NCBI GenBank assembly: GCA_040754655.1
Contig: JBFMCE010000043.1
Span: 1 to 32,458 of the forward strand
Direction of reading: 5' to 3'
Length of the DNA stretch: 32,458 nucleotides
DNA from: Bdellovibrionota bacterium
GTDB taxonomy: Bacteria > Bdellovibrionota > UBA1018 > UBA923
The notes below the pieces were generated by a model. It made no database searches and was not told the DNA's origin. It saw only the letters and a list, made by a program, of their open reading frames with translations. Of this stretch, positions 1 through 8,109 are shown piece by piece (positions within the stretch are counted from its first letter, which is position 1; the number at the start of each line of letters is the position of its first letter). Position numbers and translations under genes: made by a program.

Positions 1-406
1 CGCTTTAAATGTCGAGGATTTGAAAAAGTGGCGACAAGCCTTCCCAAAGATCAGGATATCGATCGGGTTTGAAGAAGATGAGTTGCAAGATGGCTACACC
101 CCCGAGATGACAAGTGAGCAACTTGGCAACGCGATCAAACTGGGGGGATACATTGATTTCAATCTCAGGGCGCCTCGCGTGAACAACTCGACCCCTTTTG
201 TGCAAGAGATGATTGCTCTGGCGATTGAACATCCGTCGATCAAGTCGGTTTCGATCTCGCCTTGGAACTGGCCTGATAAGGGCGACCCTGAAATCACTCA
301 AGCTGATCTTGAGTTGCTTCAACGCAAGGTCATGCCAGTGGCCGCAAAGAGAAAAGGCAAAGAAGCCAAGGTATTGCTGGATCTGAGGCTGCCTTACAAG
401 AAATAA
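1..406 (+). CDS. 5'-truncated protein, probable FAM151/menorin (DUF2181) PLC-like phosphodiesterase, C-terminal half
   Basis: Frame is open from base 2. Motif order FP..isiGF / GYT.eM / idFnlRA / sispW / aDL / vllDl.lP matches the FAM151 C-terminal pattern as recalled. Confidence 0.55.
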   Translation, partial: ALNVEDLKKWRQAFPKIRISIGFEEDELQDGYTPEMTSEQLGNAIKLGGYIDFNLRAPRVNNSTPFVQEMIALAIEHPSIKSVSISPWNWPDKGDPEITQADLELLQRKVMPVAAKRKGKEAKVLLDLRLPYKK

Positions 407-484
407 GATTGCGGTTTTTAACGGCCAATAGCGCTGTTCGTGTCGCTTAAGCCTTGTTGCGGATTTGGTTTTGCCTAGCCGCTC

Positions 485-2449
485 TTAACCAAGAAATCCG
501 CTCAACTCTTCCCAGCGACCGAGCTTCTGGTTCAGTTGTTTTTCAATTTCACCCTGTTCAGCGACGAGCTTCATCGATTTGTCTTTATCAGAATAGGTTG
601 CGTCGTCAGCGAGAAGATCATGAATCTCAGACTGACGCTTCTCGAGCCTCGTGATTTCTGCCTCGAGGGTGTCGCGCTCTTTTTGCCAGGCCCGCTTTTG
701 GTTGTTCGACGGGGATGTCGGCTTGCCAGCTCCGGGATTTAACCCCTCAGATACCGTGTTTTTCACAGGCGCCGAAGATGCTGCTCCCATGCTCAGCTTT
801 TGTTTTGCCGCCTGAGAAGTCTCACGAAGCTTGCGTTCGACGTAGTCATCATATCCTCCGACAAGCTGAAAGACTTGAGACCCTTCGGGCGAGGGTACGA
901 TCTCTAAGACTGAGTCGACCAGTGGCGAAACAAAATTGCGGTCATGCGAAACAAGGCAAAGCGTGCCTTCAAAACTTGATAGTGCGTCAAGAAGCACGCC
1001 CCGTGATTCCACATCAAGATGGTTCGTGGGTTCATCCAGAAGCAGGAAGTTCGCCGGCGTAAGCAAAAGCTTCGCCAGAGCGACGCGCGCTTTTTCACCG
1101 CCAGAAAGTACGCCACATTTTTTCTCGATCGCATCGCCTGAAAAAAGAAATGCCCCACCAATGCTTCTCACCTGAGTAATGGGCATTTCCGGTGCGCTTG
1201 CTTGCAACTCTTCCAGTACGGTTCTTGCGAGGACGAGGCTTTCTGCCTGGTGTTGCGCATAGTAACCCACCTGCACCTGGTGGCCGTGCTTCAAAATGCC
1301 CGAAGTGGGCGCGAGTTTTCCTGCCAGCATCTTGAGGAGAGTGGTTTTTCCGGCCCCATTCACCCCAACGATGGCTACTCGCGAACCGCGTTGGATGATC
1401 CAGTTCAAGTCGCGGAAGACGATTTTTTCTCCGTAGTGCATTGAAGCACTTTGAGCGGTGAGCACTTCTTTTCCGCTGTGAGGAGCGGGTGGGAAACGAA
1501 AACGCACCGACTGCCGGTCTTCAGGCAGCTCAATGCGCTCCATTTTTTCAAGTTGTTTGAGTCGGCTCTGTGCTTGTCTGGCCTTGGTAGCCTTGGCGCC
1601 GAAACGCGCCACGAAAGCTTCAATCTCAGCGATTTTGCTTTGCTGGCCCGCGTGTTGAGCTCTTAAAATCGTAAGCCTTTCTTCTTTTTGCAGGGCATAG
1701 CTGTCGAGGTTTCCCTTATAAGTCCAGAGGCGCTTTTGATCGATCTCTAAGACCTCGCGCACGATTCGGTTGAGAAACGCAGTATCGTGGCTCACTACGA
1801 GAAGGGCTCCTTGGTACCGCTCCAAAAATTCTTCGAGCCATAAGAGTGATTCAAGGTCGAGGTGGTTGGTAGGTTCATCGAGTAAAAGCAAATCCGGGTC
1901 CATCAAAAGAACCCTAGAAAGAGCCACGCGCATCAGCCATCCACCGCTGAATTGTGAGAGCGGACGGTCGTAGTCTTGGGCCTTAAAGCCCATCCCACTT
2001 AAGATCTCTTTAGCGCGTGCCTCTAAGCGATATTCATCAAGATGTTCGAGTTCTTCAAGAATGCGACCGTAGCGTTCAAGGGCAGGTTCGTGTGAATCTT
2101 CTGGTTTTGATGATCTTTCCGCCACTTCAGAAAACTCAAACTCTAGCTCGCTTTTAGCTCGAAGAAGTTCTTCTCGTCTTCCATCCATCCGAAGAGTCTC
2201 TTCGAGCACAGTTCTGTCAGCCGATTTTGGCACTTCTTGGGCAAGGTGCCCTATCGCCAAGTGTTTGGCTCTGCTGACAGCGCCCGAATCAGGATGTTCT
2301 AGCCCTAAGACGATCTTGATCAGGGTGCTCTTGCCTGCTCCATTCGGCCCAATCAGAGCAACACGCGAGCGCTGGCCAATGTGTGCTGAGGCGTTCTCAA
2401 AAAGAACCTTTGAACCGTATTGTTTAGAGACGTTGTTTATTGAAAGCAT
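485..2449 (-). CDS. ABC-F family ATP-binding protein (YheS/Uup-like)
   Basis: Two ABC cassettes (GPNGAGKST..FSGGW..LLLDEPTNHLD; GVNGAGKTT..LSGGEK..LLLDEPTNHLD), inter-ABC linker, C-terminal coiled coil, no TM segments. ATG at 2449 preferred. Confidence 0.95.
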   Translation of the reverse strand: MLSINNVSKQYGSKVLFENASAHIGQRSRVALIGPNGAGKSTLIKIVLGLEHPDSGAVSRAKHLAIGHLAQEVPKSADRTVLEETLRMDGRREELLRAKSELEFEFSEVAERSSKPEDSHEPALERYGRILEELEHLDEYRLEARAKEILSGMGFKAQDYDRPLSQFSGGWLMRVALSRVLLMDPDLLLLDEPTNHLDLESLLWLEEFLERYQGALLVVSHDTAFLNRIVREVLEIDQKRLWTYKGNLDSYALQKEERLTILRAQHAGQQSKIAEIEAFVARFGAKATKARQAQSRLKQLEKMERIELPEDRQSVRFRFPPAPHSGKEVLTAQSASMHYGEKIVFRDLNWIIQRGSRVAIVGVNGAGKTTLLKMLAGKLAPTSGILKHGHQVQVGYYAQHQAESLVLARTVLEELQASAPEMPITQVRSIGGAFLFSGDAIEKKCGVLSGGEKARVALAKLLLTPANFLLLDEPTNHLDVESRGVLLDALSSFEGTLCLVSHDRNFVSPLVDSVLEIVPSPEGSQVFQLVGGYDDYVERKLRETSQAAKQKLSMGAASSAPVKNTVSEGLNPGAGKPTSPSNNQKRAWQKERDTLEAEITRLEKRQSEIHDLLADDATYSDKDKSMKLVAEQGEIEKQLNQKLGRWEELSGFLG

Positions 2450-2597
2450 TTGGTTACTAAAAACTTTAAACAAAATGAACAGCTTGCCCTACGAGGTTTT
2501 TCATCTTGTTGAGAAATCCCAAGTTTGAATGAGCAGACCTTATAGCTTTCTTTGGTATTTGGGAAGAGTCGCAAAATCGCGAAATACAAGAAGGGTA

Positions 2598-2615
2598 AGG
2601 GAAATCCGTTTCCCT
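2598..2615 (-). terminator. Hairpin, possible terminator of the 113-aa gene
   Basis: AGGGAAA-tccg-TTTCCCT inverted repeat just downstream of the stop at 2642; U-tract is weak. Confidence 0.4.
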
Positions 2616-2641
2616 AAAATTTTAAAAGAATGATTTTTGGA

Positions 2642-2983
2642 TCAATTCAAATCCTGAAGGTCAGGCAGCATGCCGTCTCCGACCACTGAGGTTGTCTTTA
2701 TTCCGATGCAATTTTTATTTCGGATCTCATCGCTTCGTTTTGTGATGACGACGTAGTCAGAGGGTTCAGTTTCATCACTGATCCTCACCAAAATCACATC
2801 GCCATGAGCCCAAGTTCCTGAGTAAAGCGTTTTTACCGCTGTAACCGAAGCATTATCAGCAAGTTTTTTTGCTCTTTTGAGAGCGGCCTTAGCAGCAAGC
2901 TTTTTGCACTGCTGTGAGGCATCTTCGGCGAATGCCGAGGTTGAAAATAAACCGACGACAGTAAGAATTAAAAAAGTTCTCAT
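2642..2983 (-). CDS. Small secreted hypothetical protein
   Basis: AAGGGGG RBS; Sec signal peptide ending AFA; two Cys in the mature part. Confidence 0.8.
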   Translation of the reverse strand: MRTFLILTVVGLFSTSAFAEDASQQCKKLAAKAALKRAKKLADNASVTAVKTLYSGTWAHGDVILVRISDETEPSDYVVITKRSDEIRNKNCIGIKTTSVVGDGMLPDLQDLN

Positions 2984-3108
2984 GATAAACCCCCTTTAAG
3001 AACTGGGGGTCTTTTTACCGATCTGACATGTGAAGTCAATGTCGAGTTTAGAATAATCGCAAAATCGACGGATTTTTTTGAAAGCCGCATTTTGAACCGA
3101 TGGCAAGT

Positions 3109-4437
3109 TCAAGCTGCTGCTGTTTTTGATCTAGAGCCTGGCCAGGTTTCAAGCAGCTGCTTTGCTGCGCGAAGCCCCGTGGTGACGGCCGCGTCTACAG
3201 TGCCTGTTGGCCCATCGGTATTTAAGGCTTCGCCCGCAAAAAACAAAGTGTTCTCGATCGGAGTGGCGAGAATACGCTGAGCTTTGATTCCTCCGAGGCC
3301 CAGGTAAGTGTAAGACCCTTTTGAAAATGGGTCTTTCTGCCAATTGTGAAAGTGCAGTGATTCAAGCTTGCGCCGTATTTCACCGATGTCGACGTCGAGG
3401 GCTGAAGCCAATGAACGTAAACCAGCATCGATGATCTTAGATTCATTGAGTGATGACAATTGATCGGCGTATGGGCCGCCCGACCAACCGGTGAGTACAG
3501 CTGATTGTACAGGCAAGGTAGACCACCACGTCGGGATGGGGAGGTTTGGGTCATGGAAGAAACTCAAGGGAGTCTCTCTTGTGTGGTTCCAAAAATCTTC
3601 TTGGAATCGAAAAACAACTTTGACTACTGCTCCAGGGTGCAAGCGTTGAAGCGCCTCATTTTTCTCGATGAGGTCAGGTTGAAAACAAATCGCACCTTGT
3701 GTCTTAGGTTCTGTCTTCCACACGCCAACGGGCAAAGTCAGTACAATTCGTTCTGCTTCAAAGCCGAGGTTCTCGATGTCATTGTGTGCAAGAACCTTGA
3801 CCTGGCCAGCCTTCCAAGAAACCTCGCGCACTGCCGTATTCAAATGAAGCACATTTTTCCAATTGGGGATGCTCTCGAGCAGAAAGTGAACCAGGCTTCC
3901 ATAACCTTCAAAAAGTCGGGCAATGCGATGGGCTGAAGCCGAGTCTTCGCTTTTTTCAGCTAGGGCCAGGGCCTTTTCGCTGATCTTCCCAGGATCTGCC
4001 GCATGAAAACCTTTCACATAAGAAGTGACTATTTGTTTTGTGAAAGAATCGAAATAAGATTGGTCCAGAAAATCCTGAAATGAGCGCTCTTCTTGCGAAG
4101 ACTTACCTAGGGTATTGATGACGCTGCCAACTTTTTCCCAGAAGTCGATGACTCGTTGTTGGTGGTGACCGCTGCGCCATTCGTGATGGTCTTCGATCGG
4201 ATAAGTCTTTAAGTTTGATTCTTCGATCAAGTTCCTCAAAACTTTGGGTTGGGCGTGGATGAATTCCGCTCCGAGCTCAAGGGGTGAAATCAGGTCAGGC
4301 TCGGTCACTGTGAATACACGCCCGCCTACTCTGTCTCTTGCTTCGAGCAAGCAGACGTTCAAACCTGCTCGTACGAATTCACGTGAAGCAACCAGGCCAG
4401 AAACTCCTGCACCCACGACGATGACATCAGTTTTCAT
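3109..4437 (-). CDS. Flavin monoamine oxidase family protein
   Basis: VVGAGVSG dinucleotide motif, LEARDRVGGR, ELGAEFIH, W..DPFSKGSY, FFAGEA. Confidence 0.93.
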   Translation of the reverse strand: MKTDVIVVGAGVSGLVASREFVRAGLNVCLLEARDRVGGRVFTVTEPDLISPLELGAEFIHAQPKVLRNLIEESNLKTYPIEDHHEWRSGHHQQRVIDFWEKVGSVINTLGKSSQEERSFQDFLDQSYFDSFTKQIVTSYVKGFHAADPGKISEKALALAEKSEDSASAHRIARLFEGYGSLVHFLLESIPNWKNVLHLNTAVREVSWKAGQVKVLAHNDIENLGFEAERIVLTLPVGVWKTEPKTQGAICFQPDLIEKNEALQRLHPGAVVKVVFRFQEDFWNHTRETPLSFFHDPNLPIPTWWSTLPVQSAVLTGWSGGPYADQLSSLNESKIIDAGLRSLASALDVDIGEIRRKLESLHFHNWQKDPFSKGSYTYLGLGGIKAQRILATPIENTLFFAGEALNTDGPTGTVDAAVTTGLRAAKQLLETWPGSRSKTAAA

Positions 4438-4478
4438 TCCTTTGTTTTATGCAAAGGCCGGTGCCTGGTCTCGAAGCG

Positions 4479-5525
4479 TCAAAGCGTCGAAAGATCGATG
4501 ACAAAGCGGTACTTCACGTCGCCTCTCAAAACCCGTTCGTATGCTTCGTTGATTTTTTGAGGTGAAATCACTTCAACGTCGGAAGCGATGCCTTTTTCAG
4601 CGCAAAAGTTGAGCATCTCTTGGGTCTCACGTATGCCTCCGATCAAAGATCCTGCGAGGCTGCGACGTTTGGGGATTAACGAGAATGCATGCACGGCCGC
4701 CGGTTCGCTGGGTACGCCCACAAGAATCATCGTGCCATCTATTTTTAAGAGGTTGAGATATGAATTGAGATCATGGGGAGCTGACACGGTATCAATGATG
4801 AAATCAAAGTGTTCGCTCAGGGTCTCAAAAGTCTTTTCATTTTTAGTCGATGCAAAATAAGCTGCGCCAAGTCGCTTGGCGTCGCCTTCTTTCGCCATAG
4901 AGGTGCTGAGAACTGTGACTTCCGCACCTAGGGCGGCGGCCAACTTTACGGCCATGTGGCCCAGTCCACCCAGACCCACGACTGCGACCTTATGGTCCTT
5001 GTTCACCCCCCATTTTCGGAGCGGGGAATAAGTCGTAATGCCTGCGCACAACAATGGAGCCGCTTGTTCGAGAGGGATGCCTTTAGGAATATTCAGGACA
5101 TAATTTTCATCGACGGTGATCGCCGTTGAATAGCCCCCTTGAGTCAGGGTCTTCTGATCTTTCTCAGTACCGTTATAAGTGAAAGAGACGTGACCTGTGC
5201 AATATTGTTCATTTCCTTTTTTGCAGGAAGGGCACTCGCGGCAAGAATCCACGAAACATCCGACTCCTACTGTATCGCCCGCCTTGAATTTGCGGACCGC
5301 TCGTCCTACCCGCGTAACCCTTCCCACTATTTCATGCCCCGGCACCATCGGGTATTTGGCTCCGCCCCACTCATCTCTGGCCTGATGGATGTCGGAATGG
5401 CAAATGCCGCAGTAGAGAATCTCGATCGCGACATCATGATCGCCCGGGTCGCGGCGTTCGAACGAAAAAGGTTCAAGCGGGGTTGTAGGGCTTTTTGCGG
5501 CGTAGGCCTTGGTCTGAATGGGCAT
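4479..5525 (-). CDS. Zn-dependent NAD(P)H alcohol dehydrogenase, cinnamyl-ADH/YahK-like
   Basis: CGICHSD, GHEIVG, structural Zn cluster CRECPSC..QYC, GLGGLG, KYRFVID. Confidence 0.96.
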   Translation of the reverse strand: MPIQTKAYAAKSPTTPLEPFSFERRDPGDHDVAIEILYCGICHSDIHQARDEWGGAKYPMVPGHEIVGRVTRVGRAVRKFKAGDTVGVGCFVDSCRECPSCKKGNEQYCTGHVSFTYNGTEKDQKTLTQGGYSTAITVDENYVLNIPKGIPLEQAAPLLCAGITTYSPLRKWGVNKDHKVAVVGLGGLGHMAVKLAAALGAEVTVLSTSMAKEGDAKRLGAAYFASTKNEKTFETLSEHFDFIIDTVSAPHDLNSYLNLLKIDGTMILVGVPSEPAAVHAFSLIPKRRSLAGSLIGGIRETQEMLNFCAEKGIASDVEVISPQKINEAYERVLRGDVKYRFVIDLSTL

Positions 5526-5544
5526 GAGTCGTTCTCCTTAAGAA

Positions 5545-6324
5545 TTATTTTGAGTTCATGAACTTGAGCCTGCGCACCATTTGCGCGCCGATCCAGTCAA
5601 AAATAAATGAAGGGATGATCTTCAATAAAAAATAAACCGGGCGGTATTGCCAGGGTTCGACGATTCTTCCTTTTCCACGCAGGAGAGCGGGGATGAAAAG
5701 CTGGGCCGCGCGATTCACCTCGACTTTGAAGGGCATCGGAAAAGGCGCATCGCGAGTCATTGCGGTATCGATAAAGCTTGGCGCGATATCGACGACCCGA
5801 ATTCCTAGAGGTTTCATTTCAATTCGGAGGCCTTCAAGATATGTGCTCAATGCCGCTTTTGTGGCGCTGTAGGCCGCGCCGAACGGAAGGCCTCGAGCCC
5901 CTGCGACGGAAGAGACTCCCGCGAGAATGCCGGCGCGTCTTTGAATCATGCGTACTTTCATGAATTCAATCCCATCGATCGCCGCGCCAACATTCACTTC
6001 GATCATTTTTTTTGCTCTGGCTCCGCTATCGACGAGTGGAGAGAAATCTCCTCCCATGCCTGCATTAGCGATAAAGATACCCGCTCCCTGAAGAAGTTCA
6101 TCAAGTTCACCGAGCATTCGCCTGAAGGCATCGCTTTGGGTGACATCCACCGATCTGTATTCCACCTGGGACGCACCCAGCGATCTGCATTCTTCCGCCA
6201 CTTGCTTTAGGAGGTCTGAGCGGCGTGCCATGAGCCCTAAGCGATATCGCTTTCGCGCAAATTCTTTCGCAAGGCTAGCTCCAATTCCGTCACTTGCCCC
6301 GGTGATGATTACAGAAAGATTCAT
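5545..6324 (-). CDS. Short-chain dehydrogenase/reductase
   Basis: TGASDGIG, ANAG, SSVAG, YSATK catalytic motif. Confidence 0.93.
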   Translation of the reverse strand: MNLSVIITGASDGIGASLAKEFARKRYRLGLMARRSDLLKQVAEECRSLGASQVEYRSVDVTQSDAFRRMLGELDELLQGAGIFIANAGMGGDFSPLVDSGARAKKMIEVNVGAAIDGIEFMKVRMIQRRAGILAGVSSVAGARGLPFGAAYSATKAALSTYLEGLRIEMKPLGIRVVDIAPSFIDTAMTRDAPFPMPFKVEVNRAAQLFIPALLRGKGRIVEPWQYRPVYFLLKIIPSFIFDWIGAQMVRRLKFMNSK

Positions 6325-6445
6325 TGGTTCTTCTTAGAACACACTCGTTTTGGTGCGAAAAGCAAATTCTTCGGGGTTAGAGCCTGGGTTTCTTGACAAC
6401 CCCGCGCGATCTCTTTAGGCCTCATGTTGACTCGATGGGGGAGTA

Positions 6446-8074
6446 ATGGCGCATTTCAATCGTTTGATCGCTCTTTTCTTTGTTTGTTGGGGCTCTAGCA
6501 ATTCGTTCGCTTACGAAAGCTGCAAGGGATTTTATAAAACACTCAGTTGCGGAAACCTTGTGTGCGAGCCTCGCAAAAAAGAGACGGCTGAGAATTGTCC
6601 GATTGACTGCGAGACTTTCGAGCTTCGCTCTTACAATTCCCAAGCCTATTGCAGTCAAAATGCGGAATTCAGGTCTCCAAAGAACTTAGAAGAAGCCGTC
6701 GACGATATTTTGATGGCGCAGAGTTTGGGAAGGTCGATCCGTGTCGTAGGAGCCATGCATTCGCAGACCGATGTCTTCTGCGGCAACGAAGTCATGCTTT
6801 CTACGGCGAAGCTCAATGCGATCTTGGGCCTACGAGAATTTGCAGGGGACCAGGTGGTTGACGTTCAACCAGGAGTAAAGCTGGGAGACCTGCAAGACTG
6901 GCTTCATGAAAAGAACTTGACCCTTGGCCTTGCGGTGCCGAATTACCCTCACATTACGATGGCTGGCGGTCTCGCTACCGGAAGTCATGGCACTTCGAGG
7001 TTGCATCCCGCGACGCTTGCAAGCGCCGTTCGAGAGATAGAGTGGGTAACGGCCGATGGACGGGTGTTCCGGGTGAACCATCAAACCCCAAATACAACTT
7101 TGTGGAATGCGGCGCGAGTATCGCTAGGTTCACTGGGTTTTATCACCAAACTTTCTTTGAAAGTCGAACCGCAGTTCCATTTGAATATCACGACTACAGC
7201 GATCAAAGATGATGTGTTGTTACGACGTTATCCACATGATTGGCCTCAACCTTGCGACAGCGAGACGTATTTCTGGTTTCCTTCTCAGGGCAAGGCGCTT
7301 CGGTTTTGCGGCACTCGAACGTCTGCACCTGTCGATCCTAATGGGATGAATACGATCTTGTTGCAACGCGGACCCGAGAGCAAGGTGCAGGAAGCGCTGC
7401 GCAAGGTCATGCATTTTTCACGCTGCAGCCCGGAAGTCGCTTGTAGCGCGGAGTGGATGGTATTTCGCGAGCTTTCGAAGTCGCCGCCATTCAAGAAAGA
7501 GAATCGCAAGGGAAAGCTGGTTTCATCAAGCAGCGTCACGGGTCATTCACACAAGATGACGACCAGTCATTTTCCGGATCCTGATCAAAAATTCTATAGC
7601 GTCATCGATTGGGCCCTGGCGATACCTGCTTTCAACGTCGGATCAGCGCTGAATTACGTGAAGACATACTCAAAGAAGCATAAAGTGTGTTTCCCTGTTG
7701 GTGGTATTACGCTGCGGTTTGTACACGATGACCGAGCGAGCCTGGGATTTTATAATTTCGCAAGCGGAGATGCGGAGGATCCGGCGGTGGTATTTGAGTT
7801 CGTCACTTACGATCCCCAAGGCGTGAGCGGAGCGGATCGGACGAGAATGAATCAACCGATTTATGAGCTTGTTCACAACCTCATGAGTAGATTCGGGGCG
7901 CGTCCCCATTGGGGGAAAAACGAAAACTGGGTGTTGAAAGAAGCCGTTCGTTTGGGAAATTACGAATATAAGCTCGATGACTTTCTTGAAACCAAAACAA
8001 TGCTCGACCCGTCAGATCAATTTGGAAACGAGCTGACTCGAAGTCTCTTTGGAAACGAAGGAATCACCCAATAG
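6446..8074 (+). CDS. Secreted FAD-linked oxidase, L-gulonolactone/D-arabinono-1,4-lactone oxidase family
   Basis: Signal peptide (SFA), Cys-rich CGNLVCE..NCPIDC, VVGAMHS, GGLATGSHGT, SLGSLGFIT, C-terminal RPHWGK; GGGGAG RBS. Confidence 0.88.
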   Translation: MAHFNRLIALFFVCWGSSNSFAYESCKGFYKTLSCGNLVCEPRKKETAENCPIDCETFELRSYNSQAYCSQNAEFRSPKNLEEAVDDILMAQSLGRSIRVVGAMHSQTDVFCGNEVMLSTAKLNAILGLREFAGDQVVDVQPGVKLGDLQDWLHEKNLTLGLAVPNYPHITMAGGLATGSHGTSRLHPATLASAVREIEWVTADGRVFRVNHQTPNTTLWNAARVSLGSLGFITKLSLKVEPQFHLNITTTAIKDDVLLRRYPHDWPQPCDSETYFWFPSQGKALRFCGTRTSAPVDPNGMNTILLQRGPESKVQEALRKVMHFSRCSPEVACSAEWMVFRELSKSPPFKKENRKGKLVSSSSVTGHSHKMTTSHFPDPDQKFYSVIDWALAIPAFNVGSALNYVKTYSKKHKVCFPVGGITLRFVHDDRASLGFYNFASGDAEDPAVVFEFVTYDPQGVSGADRTRMNQPIYELVHNLMSRFGARPHWGKNENWVLKEAVRLGNYEYKLDDFLETKTMLDPSDQFGNELTRSLFGNEGITQ

Positions 8075-8109
8075 CAGCGTCGGGCGTTAGCTCTTATCAG
8101 GTTTGTCTT

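Noticed and set aside
485..2449. ABC-F as an antibiotic-resistance (ARE) factor
   Set aside because: Housekeeping YheS/Uup-like layout and no mobile context; cannot be supported without phylogeny.
5545..8074. SDR + FAD oxidase as a DprE1/DprE2 epimerase pair
   Set aside because: Genes are divergent; the oxidase is exported and has the aldonolactone-oxidase RPHWGK motif.
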